From: Eledone cirrhosa | Lineage: Eukaryota | DNA length: 64,000 nt | NCBI GenBank assembly: GCA_964016885.1 | Contig: OZ024744.1 | Span: 63,054,001-63,118,000, forward strand | Direction of reading: 5' to 3' | In this document: positions 25,812 to 37,209 of the stretch, piece after piece | Position numbering within the stretch: position 1 is the stretch's first letter | Layout of the letters: every line of letters starts with the position of its first letter | The notes under the pieces: generated by a model | Told to the model about the DNA's origin: nothing | The model's input: only the letters and a program-made list of their open reading frames with translations | The model's database searches: none | Position numbers and translations under genes: made by a program

Positions 25812-26945
25812 ACTACGTCAAACATCTCTTCTCGCTGACCTCGATACTTGTATCCGAGCAGCAGCCGAGGAGATATGCAACATCAAGTTTGACGACATAC
25901 GGTGGCAACAGGCCACTTTACCTGTCAGGTATGGCGGCCTTAGCCTCCAGTCCCCGATCTCACTAGCTTTGCCGGCGTATCTTTCGTCGGTAACCTCGTG
26001 CCGCGTCCTCGTCAGCAGGGTTCTTCAAAACACAACAGAACCCTCTGTGTTCAGAGAACGTGACTCCGCCTGTGAGACGTGGGACCGGCTGGGACTTAGC
26101 CCAGTAGATGTCCCTCCTCCTTCTCCCCCTGCTGACGTCATGTCCCCCCAACGCACTTGGGATGCCATCCAGTGCAGCCTGACCTCAGACAGGCTCACGC
26201 GCCAGCTCCACCAGCACCACCTTGCCTGCTTTCGTGCGGCCTCCAAACCCGACAGTGGTGCCTGGCTCCATGCCTTGCCCTCCTTCTCCACTGGCACGCA
26301 GCTGGATAACGATAGCCTGTACATCGGCGTTTCCTTGAGGCTTGGATTCCGGATCTGCAAGCCACATAAATGTCGCTGTGGATCCACCATGGACTCTTTC
26401 GGCCTCCACCCGCTTTCCTGTCGCCACAGTGCCGACCGCCTTCCACGCCATGCTGCCCTCAACGAGGTCATTAAACATGGATGGATGCTGCAGGCTTCCC
26501 TTCCCAGCTCCAGCCGGTGGGGCTGGATCGAGGGGACGGCAAAAGGCCAGATGGTATGACCATCTTCCCGTTCCGTGGTGGTAAACCCCTCGTCTGGGAT
26601 GCCACTTGCACCGACACTTTCTGCAGCCGTAACCTGGTGCAGTCTGCGACTGACCCAGGTTCTGCTGCACGTCGGGCTGAGGGGGCCAAACTCCTCAAAT
26701 ACCGGTCGCTCTCCGACAGGTTTGCGGTCGTTCCCCTGGCAGTGGAGACTTCTGGTGTCCTCGGCGCCAGGGCTACGTCCTTACTCACCAGCATAGGCGC
26801 TGAGCTGGCCAGCCGCAGGTGTGAGCCCGCGAGCTGGAGTGGCTTTTCCAGCGCGTCTCCCTTGCCGTCCTCCGGGGAAACGCCTTCTCCATTCTGTCCT
26901 CCGGGGCTGTGGGTGGGCCCCATCGCGTATCATTTTTGTAAATAT
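25812..26945 (+). mobile_element. CRE-like non-LTR retrotransposon (post-RT region, zinc knuckle, REL endonuclease), frameshifted
   Basis: WQQATLPVRYGGL; SGAWLHALP; LRLG..C.PHKCRCG..HPLSC; RPDG...VWDATCTDT; AVETSG. Confidence 0.9.
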
Positions 26946-27342
26946 GACAACAGTTTATGATATTAATTTTTATCCCGCTGAGTGGACTTAAGCGTACACA
27001 CGTTTGTTTATCAGTTTTCTTTTTTTTTTTTTCTTCTTTTCAAGTGAATCGAGATTTGAAAGACGACCAAGAACGAAGGTATTTTTCTAACAAACACTTG
27101 AAAAGAAGACAGAAATGTGCAACGAATCATTCAGTAAATAAACGTCTGTGTAACACAATATTTTCCTGATAGATTTCATGTAATAACACGTTGACAACAA
27201 AGATAGGATATATTATTGACAAACTTAAGCAAACAGCTTCGTTTGCTCTTAAATGGATTCAATTTCCCACTCAATATTGTATTAAATGTCTCATTGATTG
27301 CTCTCCTCGATTGTCAATTTCTATTCACTCACACACACACAC

Positions 27343-27459
<117 letters not shown>

Positions 27460-27519
27460 TTCCATTTCTCGGTAGACCTACTTTTTAACACACTCGCATG
27501 TATGTGTGTATGTATGTAT

Positions 27520-29758
27520 GTCGATGAAGATTTCCTCAATCTCGTTCCAGAAAATCCTGTGAAAGTAACTCTCGCAGAACCTCCGACGCTTGTGGAGGTT
27601 TCAGTAGCTATCTCGAAGCTGAACAGTGGAGGGTCTCCAGGTATGGATGGCATACATGCAAAGCTACTACAATATGGTGGTGAGAGACTTTTACAGCATC
27701 TTCACTCTTTGTTTGGCAGGATATGGACTGGAGAGCAGGGCCGTCTTAACAGCATTATAGCCCCCCTCCCCCGGGCAAAGCAGAGCACTGGGGTCCCTAC
27801 CTACACAACCACTCACAAGAATAAAAATACAAATGGGCCCCCTATCCTCGTGGGCCCCCCGGGAAACTGCCCAGTATGCCCATGCGTTAAGACGGCTCTG
27901 TTGGAGAGATGCAGTAATGGTGGTCTTGTACAAGGGAAAGGGTAACAGGAATGATTGTGGGAACTACAGAGGTATATCATTGCTTTCTGTCGTAAGGAAA
28001 GTTTTATGTAGGGTGCTTCTGGACCGTCTGCTGACACACATTGCAGATTGTGTTCTTCCTGAAAGTCGATCTCGTTTTCGTGCTGGACGCGGCACTACTG
28101 ATATGATCTTCTCAGCTAGACAGCTCCAGGAGAAGTGCATGGAACAACGTTTGGATCTGTATCAGGTTTTTGTCGCTCTGACGAAAGCTTTCGATACTGA
28201 TAACAGAAATGCATTATGGAAGGTTCTCCAGAAACTTGGTTGCCTTGATAAGTTCCTTGCTTTGGTTAGGTCTTTCCATGACGACATGAAGGCTTGGGTT
28301 AATGTCGGAGGTATCATGTCGGAGCCTATCTCAGTAAAAAATGGAGTGAAACAGGGGGATATTCCAGCACCGACCCTGTTTGCCATATACTTTGCAATGG
28401 TTTTCTGGATTGCATTCAGGAATTGCGAGCATGGTGTTTCCATCCAATATCGAACCTCAGGCAGCATATTTAACATCAGGCGCTTTGCTGCAAAAACAAA
28501 AGTATTCACATCAATCATAAGAGACCTCTTGTATGCAGATGATTGCGATCTTGTAGCGCACACAGAGAGTGATATGCAGCACATTTTGAATGCATTTTCT
28601 GATGCTTGCACTGCCCTAGGATTGACTGTCAGTCTCAAGAAAACCGTCGTCATGTACCAACCTGTCCCTGGTAAGCAGTACAGTGAACCAAATATCTATG
28701 TGTATGGTAAACGACTTGGAGTGGTTGATCGGGTTGTCTACCTAGGAAGCATTGTCAATCGATACAGCAACCTTGAGACATATGCAAGAAGACAAAGGTA
28801 AATGTGTACAAGACATGTGTGCTCTCTTCTCTTCTTTATGCCTGCGAGACCTGGGTCACATATCGACACCACCTTAAACAATTGTAGCGTTTCCATCAGA
28901 TATGTCTCAGACGGATCCATGGCGTTCACTGGAGGGACCACATCAGTGATGTCGAGATTTTGGAAAGCTCTCTGTGTGACAGTATAGAAGCTCTTGTGCT
29001 TAAGCAAAGACTCCGTTGGAGTGGTCACCTTGCCAGGATGAAGGATTCTAGAATACCAAAACAACTCTTTTATGGAGAGTTAGTTAAAGGAAAACGACCT
29101 CCACATAAACCAAAAAAGAGGTATAAGGATTCCTTGAAAGCCTCTTTAAAAAACGGTAACATCTCTGCTGATACATGGGAAAATGTTGCTGCTGATCGTA
29201 ATAAATGGAGAAAGACTGTATCTGGGGGGTTGCCTTTGAGGCATCTCGAATCGCATACGAGAAAGTAAAGCGGAATGTGAGGAAGGGCATTACTGTTGCA
29301 TTTCCAGACGGCGAAAGTCCTCCTATGGTGCTGACATGCAGCGTCTGTGCGAGACTCTGCCTAAGCAAAGCTGGACTCGAAAGTCATCTTCGCAGTCATA
29401 AAGTAAGACCAGTGGTTGACTACCAGGCTGCTGTTGGAGATGCTACTCATCATGCTTGCCAAGCATGTGGTAGAGAATGTAGATCAGCAGGAGGGCTCAA
29501 ACGTCATGCAAAAGTATATGAACTCCAACCATAGCCGGCTATTCCCAGTGAATGTTTTGGTTGCCAAATCTGTGCAAGACATTTTAAATCATTGGCTGGG
29601 CTAAAAAGCGACATTCGACCGCAGCGTTGTTAATTGTTAACATGTGTGTGTGTGTGTGTGTGTAGATATGTTTATGTGTGTGTATGTATGTATATATATA
29701 TACCTTTCATTTATATATATATATATACGTGTATATTATTATTGTTGTTGTTGTTCTC

Positions 29759-29805
<47 letters not shown>

Positions 29806-29940
29806 GATTATTAGTACTGGGTGATTGCTGCCTTGTGCCAAAAGTAGAAACAATTATTATTATTATTATTGTTTTTTTTGTTTGTTTTTTCTCGTGCAAT
29901 GGCCATACTCGATAACGAGGGGGGGGGGGGCAGCCATCAT
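27520..29940 (+). mobile_element. RTE-clade LINE (RT plus C-terminal C2H2 zinc fingers), 5'-truncated, with (TATG)n tail
   Basis: NYRGISLLS, GVKQGD, LYADD, LRWSGH..RM...R.PKQLFYGEL; three C2H2-like fingers at 29336-29615; 3' hairpin at 29900-29937. Confidence 0.93.
27736..27900. mobile_element. hAT-type MITE inserted in the RTE ORF
   Basis: TIRs CAGGGCCGTCTTAAC / GTTAAGACGGCTCTG; apparent 8-bp TSD CTGGAGAG / TTGGAGAG. Confidence 0.8.
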
Positions 29941-29955
29941 GTATGTATGTATGTC

Positions 29956-31005
29956 CTTCTGGTTTTATAATTTCACAAATTTTTACTAATAGAGAGAGAG
30001 TCGGTTTCTAACATAGACACAAGACTCTCTCATTGGAATTTACACATCAACTAGGTAGATATGTATGAATGTCTGCATGTGTAGATATGGATGTTATTGT
30101 ATGTGTGGATGTGTATATTTTGAGTTGTATGTGTGCATGTGTATATGCTTTGTATCTGTACATGTGTATATGCAGTTATATTAGATGCAACATTTTTGGA
30201 ATGTTTTACATATTTTTACTGTTCCATTAATGGATTGTACTTGTAATTTCCTAACTAGTTGTGTTCTTTCTGTTCCTGTGAAGCCTAGCTTCTCAAGATT
30301 TGTATTGAGGCAGTTACTAACATACCCCAGTACCCCAATAATCACAGGCATAAATCTGAAGGTGTAATCAGGGTGGAGTATCTGCAGATTTCTCATCAGT
30401 TCTGCATAAATATTCTCCTTTTCACTAATCTTTGATATTATATTGGCATCTGCTGGGCAACTAACTGCCACTACTGTGCATGCTTTCTTCTACATGTCCC
30501 ATATCATAATATCTGGTCTGTTATGCCTGCATTTTATTGGCGTTTTTACTGGAACATTCCACCAGTACTCTTTCATATTATGTACATGGATGTCTTCCAC
30601 ATTGTTGTAGCTTTTAATGTGTTTATTATCGAGGCTATCTTTTTTACAAACTGCATTGTACAGTGTTTTGGCCACTACATCATGGCTCAAAGGTAGATAG
30701 TACCACGATGACATCTTTGAGCAGCTGCTGATGACATGGGTGACATCTTCGATATTAATTCTGCAGAGTCTGCACTTGTTATCACATCTAGGTGTTTTGC
30801 CTGCATCCCTATCTCTTTTGTGACTCAGATATTTCGTGGTAATTTCTTGTTCTTGGATTTCAAAAGCGTATCCTTCAAAGTGGGAGCCAATATAGCGGTT
30901 GTTGGTCCAAGATAGACTACTTTCCTTATCTATATTACTCTCTGGAGCTTCCTGGCAACATATCCATGAATGAATTTTTGCTGATAAGCATGCAGTTTTT
31001 CATGC
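29956..31005 (-). mobile_element. R4/Dong-like non-LTR retrotransposon 3' part (CCHC motif, REL endonuclease, 3' UTR hairpin)
   Basis: IQEQEI, CRLC..IEDVTHVISSC, HDVVA, HNRPDIMIWD, VSCP, PVIIGVLG; 3' hairpin GAGAGAGTC...GACTCTCTC; abuts (CATA)n. Confidence 0.85.
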
Positions 31006-31053
31006 ACAAGCATTGCACAATACAATTAATTAATAATTATTAATAATGGTATA

Positions 31054-31170
31054 TCGTGCAATGGCCATACTCGATAACGAGGGGGCAGCCATCATGTATG
31101 TATGTATGTATGTATGTATGTATGTATGTATGTATGTATGTATGTATGTATGTATGTATGTATGTATGTT
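31054..31170 (+). mobile_element. Extremely 5'-truncated RTE 3' end plus (TATG)n tail
   Basis: TCGTGCAATGGCCATACTCGATAACGAGGGGGCAGCCATC matches 29892-29938 apart from G-run length. Confidence 0.8.
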
Positions 31171-31769
31171 GTCAGGTCACCAGTTGGTGCTACTGGTAAC
31201 ATGTATCCCAGTACAACCTGTCTCATGGTCAGGTCGTTGGCGACTAAACTAACAAGGTTTCTTGGTGAGGAGGGTGACTTTGGACATCCTGCAGGACTAA
31301 AAACAAAACCTGTCAAAGGGCAAAGGAGCTCTTAAGAGTCAATGGCCATCCAAAATCACCGGGAGAAATTACCCCTTAGCCTTTGTCAAGGCAGAATTCT
31401 AGGAGAAGGAAAACTCTGATATAACACCTGCAACCCTGATGGTATCCAATGATGTTGACTTGTTCTTCTTTTTGGTAAATATCATCTTGGTTAAGAGAGC
31501 GGGACTGGCTTTGTGCAGTGCCTTTGCTCACTATAAAAGCTTCACGGCACAGGCATTGCTTTATATCTGGAGATCTCACTGCACTTGTCATCACATGGTA
31601 CCATGGGCCCAGCACTATGTGTCAATAATTGTCACAAGTGTAGTGTTTGTACCAGAGTTTTCAAGTCGCTGGCTGGACTAAAAAGTCACACTTGTTCAGC
31701 GCATCGGTAGGAGTTCTCCTACATGGATATAAAGTAGTGGCCGTACTCGAAAACGAGTTGGCAGCCACT
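31171..31769 (+). mobile_element. ~600-bp non-autonomous RTE derivative, copy 1
   Basis: Tandem with 31948-32537; 3' part encodes a C2H2 finger (CSVCTRVFKSLAGLKSH) and carries the RTE-like 3' hairpin; (TATG)n tail. Confidence 0.85.
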
Positions 31770-31812
31770 ATGTATGTATGTATGTATGTATGTATGTATG
31801 TATGTATGTATG

Positions 31813-31843
<31 letters not shown>

Positions 31844-31947
31844 TTATGTATGTATTTATGTATGTATGTACGTGTGTACGTGTGTATGTATGTATGTATG
31901 TATGTATGTATGTATGTATGTATGTATGTATGTATGTATGTATGTAT

Positions 31948-32537
31948 GGTGCTACTGGTAAAATATATCCCAGTACAACCTGTCTCATGGTCGGGTCGTT
32001 GGCGACTAAACTGGCAACCCCACCAAGGTTTCTTGGTGAGGAGGATGACTTTGGACATCCTGCAGGACTACAAACAAAACCTGTCAAAGGGCAAAGGAGC
32101 TCGTAAGAGTCAATGGCCATCCAAAATCACCAGGAGAGATGACCCCTTAGCCTTTGTCAAGGCAGAATTCTAGGAGAAGGAAAACTCTGATATAACACCT
32201 GCAACCCTGATGGTATCCAATGATGTTGACTTGTTCTTCTTTTTGGTAAATATCATCTTGGTTAAGAGAGTGGGACTGGCTTTGTGCAGTGCCTTTGCTC
32301 ACTATAAAAGCTTCACGGCACAGGCATTGCTTTATATCTGGAGATCTCTCTGCACTTGTCGTCACATGGTACCATGGGCCCAGCACTGTGTCAATAATTG
32401 TCACAAGTGTAGTGTTTGTACCAGAGTTTTCAAGTCGCTGGCTGGACTAAAAGTCACACTCGTTCAGCGCATCGGTAGGGGTTCTCCTACATGGATATAA
32501 AGTAGTGGCCGTACTCGAAAACGAGTTGGCAGCCACC
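31948..32537 (+). mobile_element. ~600-bp non-autonomous RTE derivative, copy 2
   Basis: Near-identical to copy 1 and flanked by (TATG)n on both sides. Confidence 0.85.
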
Positions 32538-32769
32538 ATGTATGTATGTATGTATGTATGTATGTATGTATGTATGTATGTATGTATGTATGTATATGTG
32601 TGTACGTATGTATGTATGTTCATTTTATATTTTAATGTGTATTTAGCCTATATTCAGAATCCGGAAATCCGGAGCACCTTCCTTTTCAAGGCTTATCGGA
32701 TGGGTGGTTTGATACCTCTAACCTGAGTGTATATATATATGTGTGTGTATGTGTGTATGAATGTATATG

Positions 32770-33805
32770 TAAGTATATATAAAAAATAATAATGAAATTA
32801 TTGTGTAAAATGCTCAGGTGCACTACAACTCGTCAAAGGTGCATGTATAGTACATAGAATAATATACACATGTCAGGGAAGTGAATAGTGTATGAGTCAT
32901 GATATACATGTGTGTTTGTGTATGGAGGAGGGATATCAGGTCCAATGTTGGCGAATTTCAGGAAGCATGAAGGTTTTAAATGCAGTGTCTCGGCAGCTAA
33001 CAACTGATGCAGGTAGTTTGTTCCCTGCTTCAGCAACTCTGAGCGTAAAATTTTTTTTTCCGAAAGTCATGGGAGCTATGCTGTTTTCTGACTTTGTAGG
33101 CATGCCCACGTTTGTTAGACATATGGAAATCCAAAAGGTGCTCAGGGTTGTTGTTGGCAAAATGGTTAATAATCTTGTGGGTGTTTATCAAGTCAGTTGC
33201 CAGGCGTCAGAGCTTCAATGTATCCATGCCCAGGGAAGCAAGGCGTTCAGAGTATGGTAGATGCCTGGTGGAAAGTATTCGCTTGGTTGCACGTCTCTGA
33301 ACAGTTTCCAGGCGGTCAATGTTCTGAACAAGATAGGGGTTCCAGACTGGTGATTCAAATTCAATGTGTGGCCGCACCATAGCTATATACAACTTTAAAT
33401 AGATAGCTGGAGAGCGGCTGACAAAGGTCTTGCTGAGTGATGCTAAGACACCCTCGGCTTTCTTGACAATTTTAGAGATGTGCTTTGTCCACACAAAACG
33501 CTGCTGACAGTAATGCCCAGGTCACGTTCACAAGAAGATTTCTTGAGATTAGTGTTGTGGAGGAAGTATGTGGACGCTCGGTTTTAACTCCCAAAATGCA
33601 TGGTGGTAAGCCAACTTGAGTTGCCAGTCTGTGGTCCATTGCTGCATTGTGTTCAGATCTGATTGCAGGCAAAATCTATAGTGTTCAGGATCTGTCCTTT
33701 TTATCTCAAGGTACAGCTTGATGTCATCTGCATATTTCAGTACTGTGGCATTTTTAAGTTGGCATCTATGTCATTAATATATGCCACAAACAAAAGGGGG
33801 CCATG
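32770..33805 (-). mobile_element. CR1/L2-group LINE 3' fragment
   Basis: YADDIKL; LYIAMVRPHIEF..PVWNPY...IDRLETVQRRATK...LPYSERL..LG. Confidence 0.85.
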
Positions 33806-34399
33806 AGTCTGGGTTGCTAGCGAATGATATCACTGCCGTTGTTTCCTATATTATCTGAAAGCTGCATGTTGCATCAGCAAATGCATCAGAAAACTGCTCT
33901 TTGTTAGAGTCACCATAAAAATTGGTTTTGTGATGGTGTGGTTACTAGATGAAATTATTCATGTGTAGTAGTAGTAGTAATGGAGTGCAAAGTTGATAAG
34001 TGAGTAACTTGTTGGCAAGTGAATAAGTGAAATCTGTCTCAGTGATTCGAGAGAGGTTTTGCCATGTTCAAGGAAACAAGTAATTGTACTCATTTGTGGT
34101 GGAAAATGCCATTACCGCGGGCAAGATGATTTTTCCAAATTCCATGGATAAGAATTAACAAATGAACAAGATAACGCTAATTAAAATGTTTTTATTTATA
34201 ACATGATTACTTCGAAATCATGTGCAGCAATGAACAACGGGAAAATATGCGAGTATAGATGTAGTATGTTATGTTTGCAAATGTAGAATGCCATAGTAAT
34301 ATTTACTAATTTGTGTTGGTAACAATCTCAGCTAGTGCCGATTTCAGCAAGGCTGGCTAGCGAGTGTGTGTGCATCTGCATGTGCAGCTACATTACAAG

Positions 34400-36795
34400 G
34401 CTGACCAAACAACTATCTGTTTCTTGAGAAGTCGAAAAGCAGAATGTCTCTTGAGCTCGAATTCTCTTGTAAATATAAGATTTGGGTTGCCCAGAAACGT
34501 TAAACAGATGGCCTTTTCAACTGTCCTGTTTTAGGGCACTCTGGCGCCGATAGCTTCCTACATGGAAATGTTATCTAGGTTTTTGGCTATCAGGTCACAG
34601 GCCAGTTTTCGGTGGTGGTGTGTGGCCGTCTAAAGAACCACTGTGGGAAAAATATGTCGAGGTTTCGCTACATTCCAAATGTTGGAATCCGGCTTTCTGT
34701 TTTAATTGAAGTATTTAACTCTATTCCTGCTCTGAAAGTCCACTCCCATCTGGAGCTACATGCTGGTGACTTCATCACTCTTTATAGGATTATGCCACAG
34801 ATAACGAGGTTGGGTAACAGTTGGAGGCATGGGCTTCAGCCTGTGACTGCTATCTTCTCCATGATGCCAAACAACCTGACACGTTCCATTCTAGTCGCTG
34901 GAAGAAGGATTACAGCCCAGACCTCTGCTACCTTTCCAAATCAATCAACAGGCGTCCTGTTCAGGCTTCTGGCAAGATACTCCCTCACTTCCCCCACAGC
35001 CAACATAGACCAGCTACGATACACCTAATTCTCAACTCCAAGGTACCTTGAACCAGGGCGGCGCGCCAAGAACTCCGTAAGAATCTCTTAGCAGCCTACT
35101 CATCCTTACCGAAGAGTACCCCACTTGCTAGACCTTACACCATAAGTGAGATAGATACTGGCCTTTCATCCATCAAAACAGGAAAAGCAACAGGAATCGA
35201 CGGGTTCCATCCTGAATTCTTTAAGAACCAAGGTCTAATTTCCCGAGACTAGCTGGCTTCTCTGTTCACAGTCATCCATTCAACTGGAGTTATCGCGAAG
35301 ATCTGGAGAAAAATCCAGGAAACCTGCAGACGATCCTGCAAGCTACCGGTCAATTTTTCTCCTCTGTACATCTTACAAGCTATTTGAACGGCTCCTCTTG
35401 GTTAGGCTTGGTCTTTTAGTAGAACCAACCCTGCCTAAGGATCTTGCAGCTTTTAGACAAAGGAGTTGCACAGATCAAGTCCTCGACCTCACCACCTTCA
35501 TTGAGACTGGCTACCAACGAAGTCTAAAAACAGGGGCTGCTCTTGTCGACCTCTCTTCTGCATAAGATACTGTATGGAGATGCGGCCTCCATCTGAAGGT
35601 CTGTTGTACCACCAAGAGCCAGGCAACTGTGGACTTCCTTGCCTTCACTTCAGCGTGCCACTAGGAGGTAAACAAGTTCAACTAGAAACCTGAATGATGG
35701 CCTTCCCCAAGGATCTGTCCTAGCACCAATGCTCTTTGACACCTACATGAGTGATATGCCCAGGAAATTTGCATATGCAGATGACCTTGCCTTGGCTACC
35801 CAATCTACTGACTTTGACAAACTCAACTTTACATTCACTGAAGATCTGAAGAAGATAGAGGACCACTACTCCTACTGGCACCTTCAGCCCAACCCAAGAA
35901 AGACCAGTGACAGCCTTCACTTTCAGCACCAGACACGCTAGGATAGAACTCAAGGTCTCCTTCTATGGTAGACATGTCAATAATGAACCACACCCCAAAT
36001 ATCTCGGTCTAACATTGGATCGCAGCTTGACCTACTGAGAGCACCTAAAGAGAGTTGTCAGAAAGCTAAAGACCAGGATTAATATCATCCACAAATTAGC
36101 AGGAAACAGTTGGGGTCGGATGCACACACATTCTGAACTGCATGCTTAGCACTTGTATACTTAGATGCAGAGTACTGTTCACTGGTCTAGGCAGGGAACT
36201 GTTATGCCAAGCAAGTTGACACCAGCCACAACTTGGCTAGGAGAATAGTATCTAACACATTAAAATATACACCTACTCAATGACTACCTACCCTTTCACA
36301 TGCGTAGTTCCCTTTCACATGCGACATCGGGAGATGATCCGCGAAACTCGACCTTCCCATCAATGAAGATTTGGAAAACTTTCACAACATGCGCTTGAAA
36401 TCACACAAACCATTCTGGGAATCAATGAAGATCCTTCAGGACAATAACTTTGATCTGAGTCCAAATTTGCCAACCAAAACCTCGTCAAGGACCCCATATC
36501 TAGAACAGTCGAATTTGACCTTCCCAGAAAGCAATGGACGTCCCTTAATCGGATCTACTAACACATGCTAAGACAACCCATCATCTCCATCGATAGAAAA
36601 TGAAAGACAGCCCAGCATGTGACTGTGGGGATCCTAACCAGACAGTGCTGCATATTGCTAGGGATTGACCCTCGGACATTTTCCCCAGCGGCCTGGAGGC
36701 AATCCATAATGCTGCAAATGACGCCTCGGTCTGGCTCGCCGGTCTCGACCTGCCTCTCTAGCTAGTTCATATGTAATACAAGAAAAATAATAAAA
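34400..36795 (+). mobile_element. Degenerate Vingi/Ingi-like LINE (APE plus RT)
   Basis: YAGDF, YSPDL, FPHSQHRP, GLPQGSVLAP.LF..Y.SD.P..FAYADD, PKYLGLTLDRSLTY, KLAGNSWG, C-terminal CDCG..QT..HI..WLAGLDL; many stops and frameshifts. Confidence 0.8.
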
Positions 36796-37057
36796 CACAC
36801 ACACACATGCATGTGTGTGTGTGTATTAAAAAGAAAGCCGTATTAGACGATGTAGATCTCTGTACAGTGTACTTGGGAAAGTAATACGATGATCACAGCT
36901 AGAATGCCTTTGATTGTAAATTGGTTCTATCAAAGAAGACCGAGGATTTTACAACTAAGAAAAAAGCAAACACTGCACCCTACTGTAGTACATAATTACA
37001 TACTCATGTAAATAAACATACCTATGCACAAGCATATATACACGTTATTGGTTGACA

Positions 37058-37209
37058 GTTGACTCTCACGAGTTCCTCCGCCATGTGCCGGGGTATGTTT
37101 TTCCACACGCAGGGTGTCCCCAAATCACCCTTCTCTCCAAACAGGTTGGGTTGCTGACCACCCAACTATGCAACAGGTTGTATTGGGTTACATGTTATCA
37201 GTGGTGCTC
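37058..37209 (-). mobile_element. Diverged homologue of the 5' head of the non-autonomous RTE derivative
   Basis: Minus strand TAACATGTAACCCAATACAACCTGT...AGGGTGATTTGGGGACACCCTGC...GGAACTCGTGAGAGTCAA aligns to 31190-31345. Confidence 0.7.

Noticed and set aside
30375-30400. CTGATGAGAAA on the minus strand
   Set aside because: No helix II, and it lies within the coding region of the R4-like element
34320-34420. Pr77/HDV-like ribozyme at the Vingi-like 5' end
   Set aside because: I could not assemble a nested double pseudoknot from the sequence
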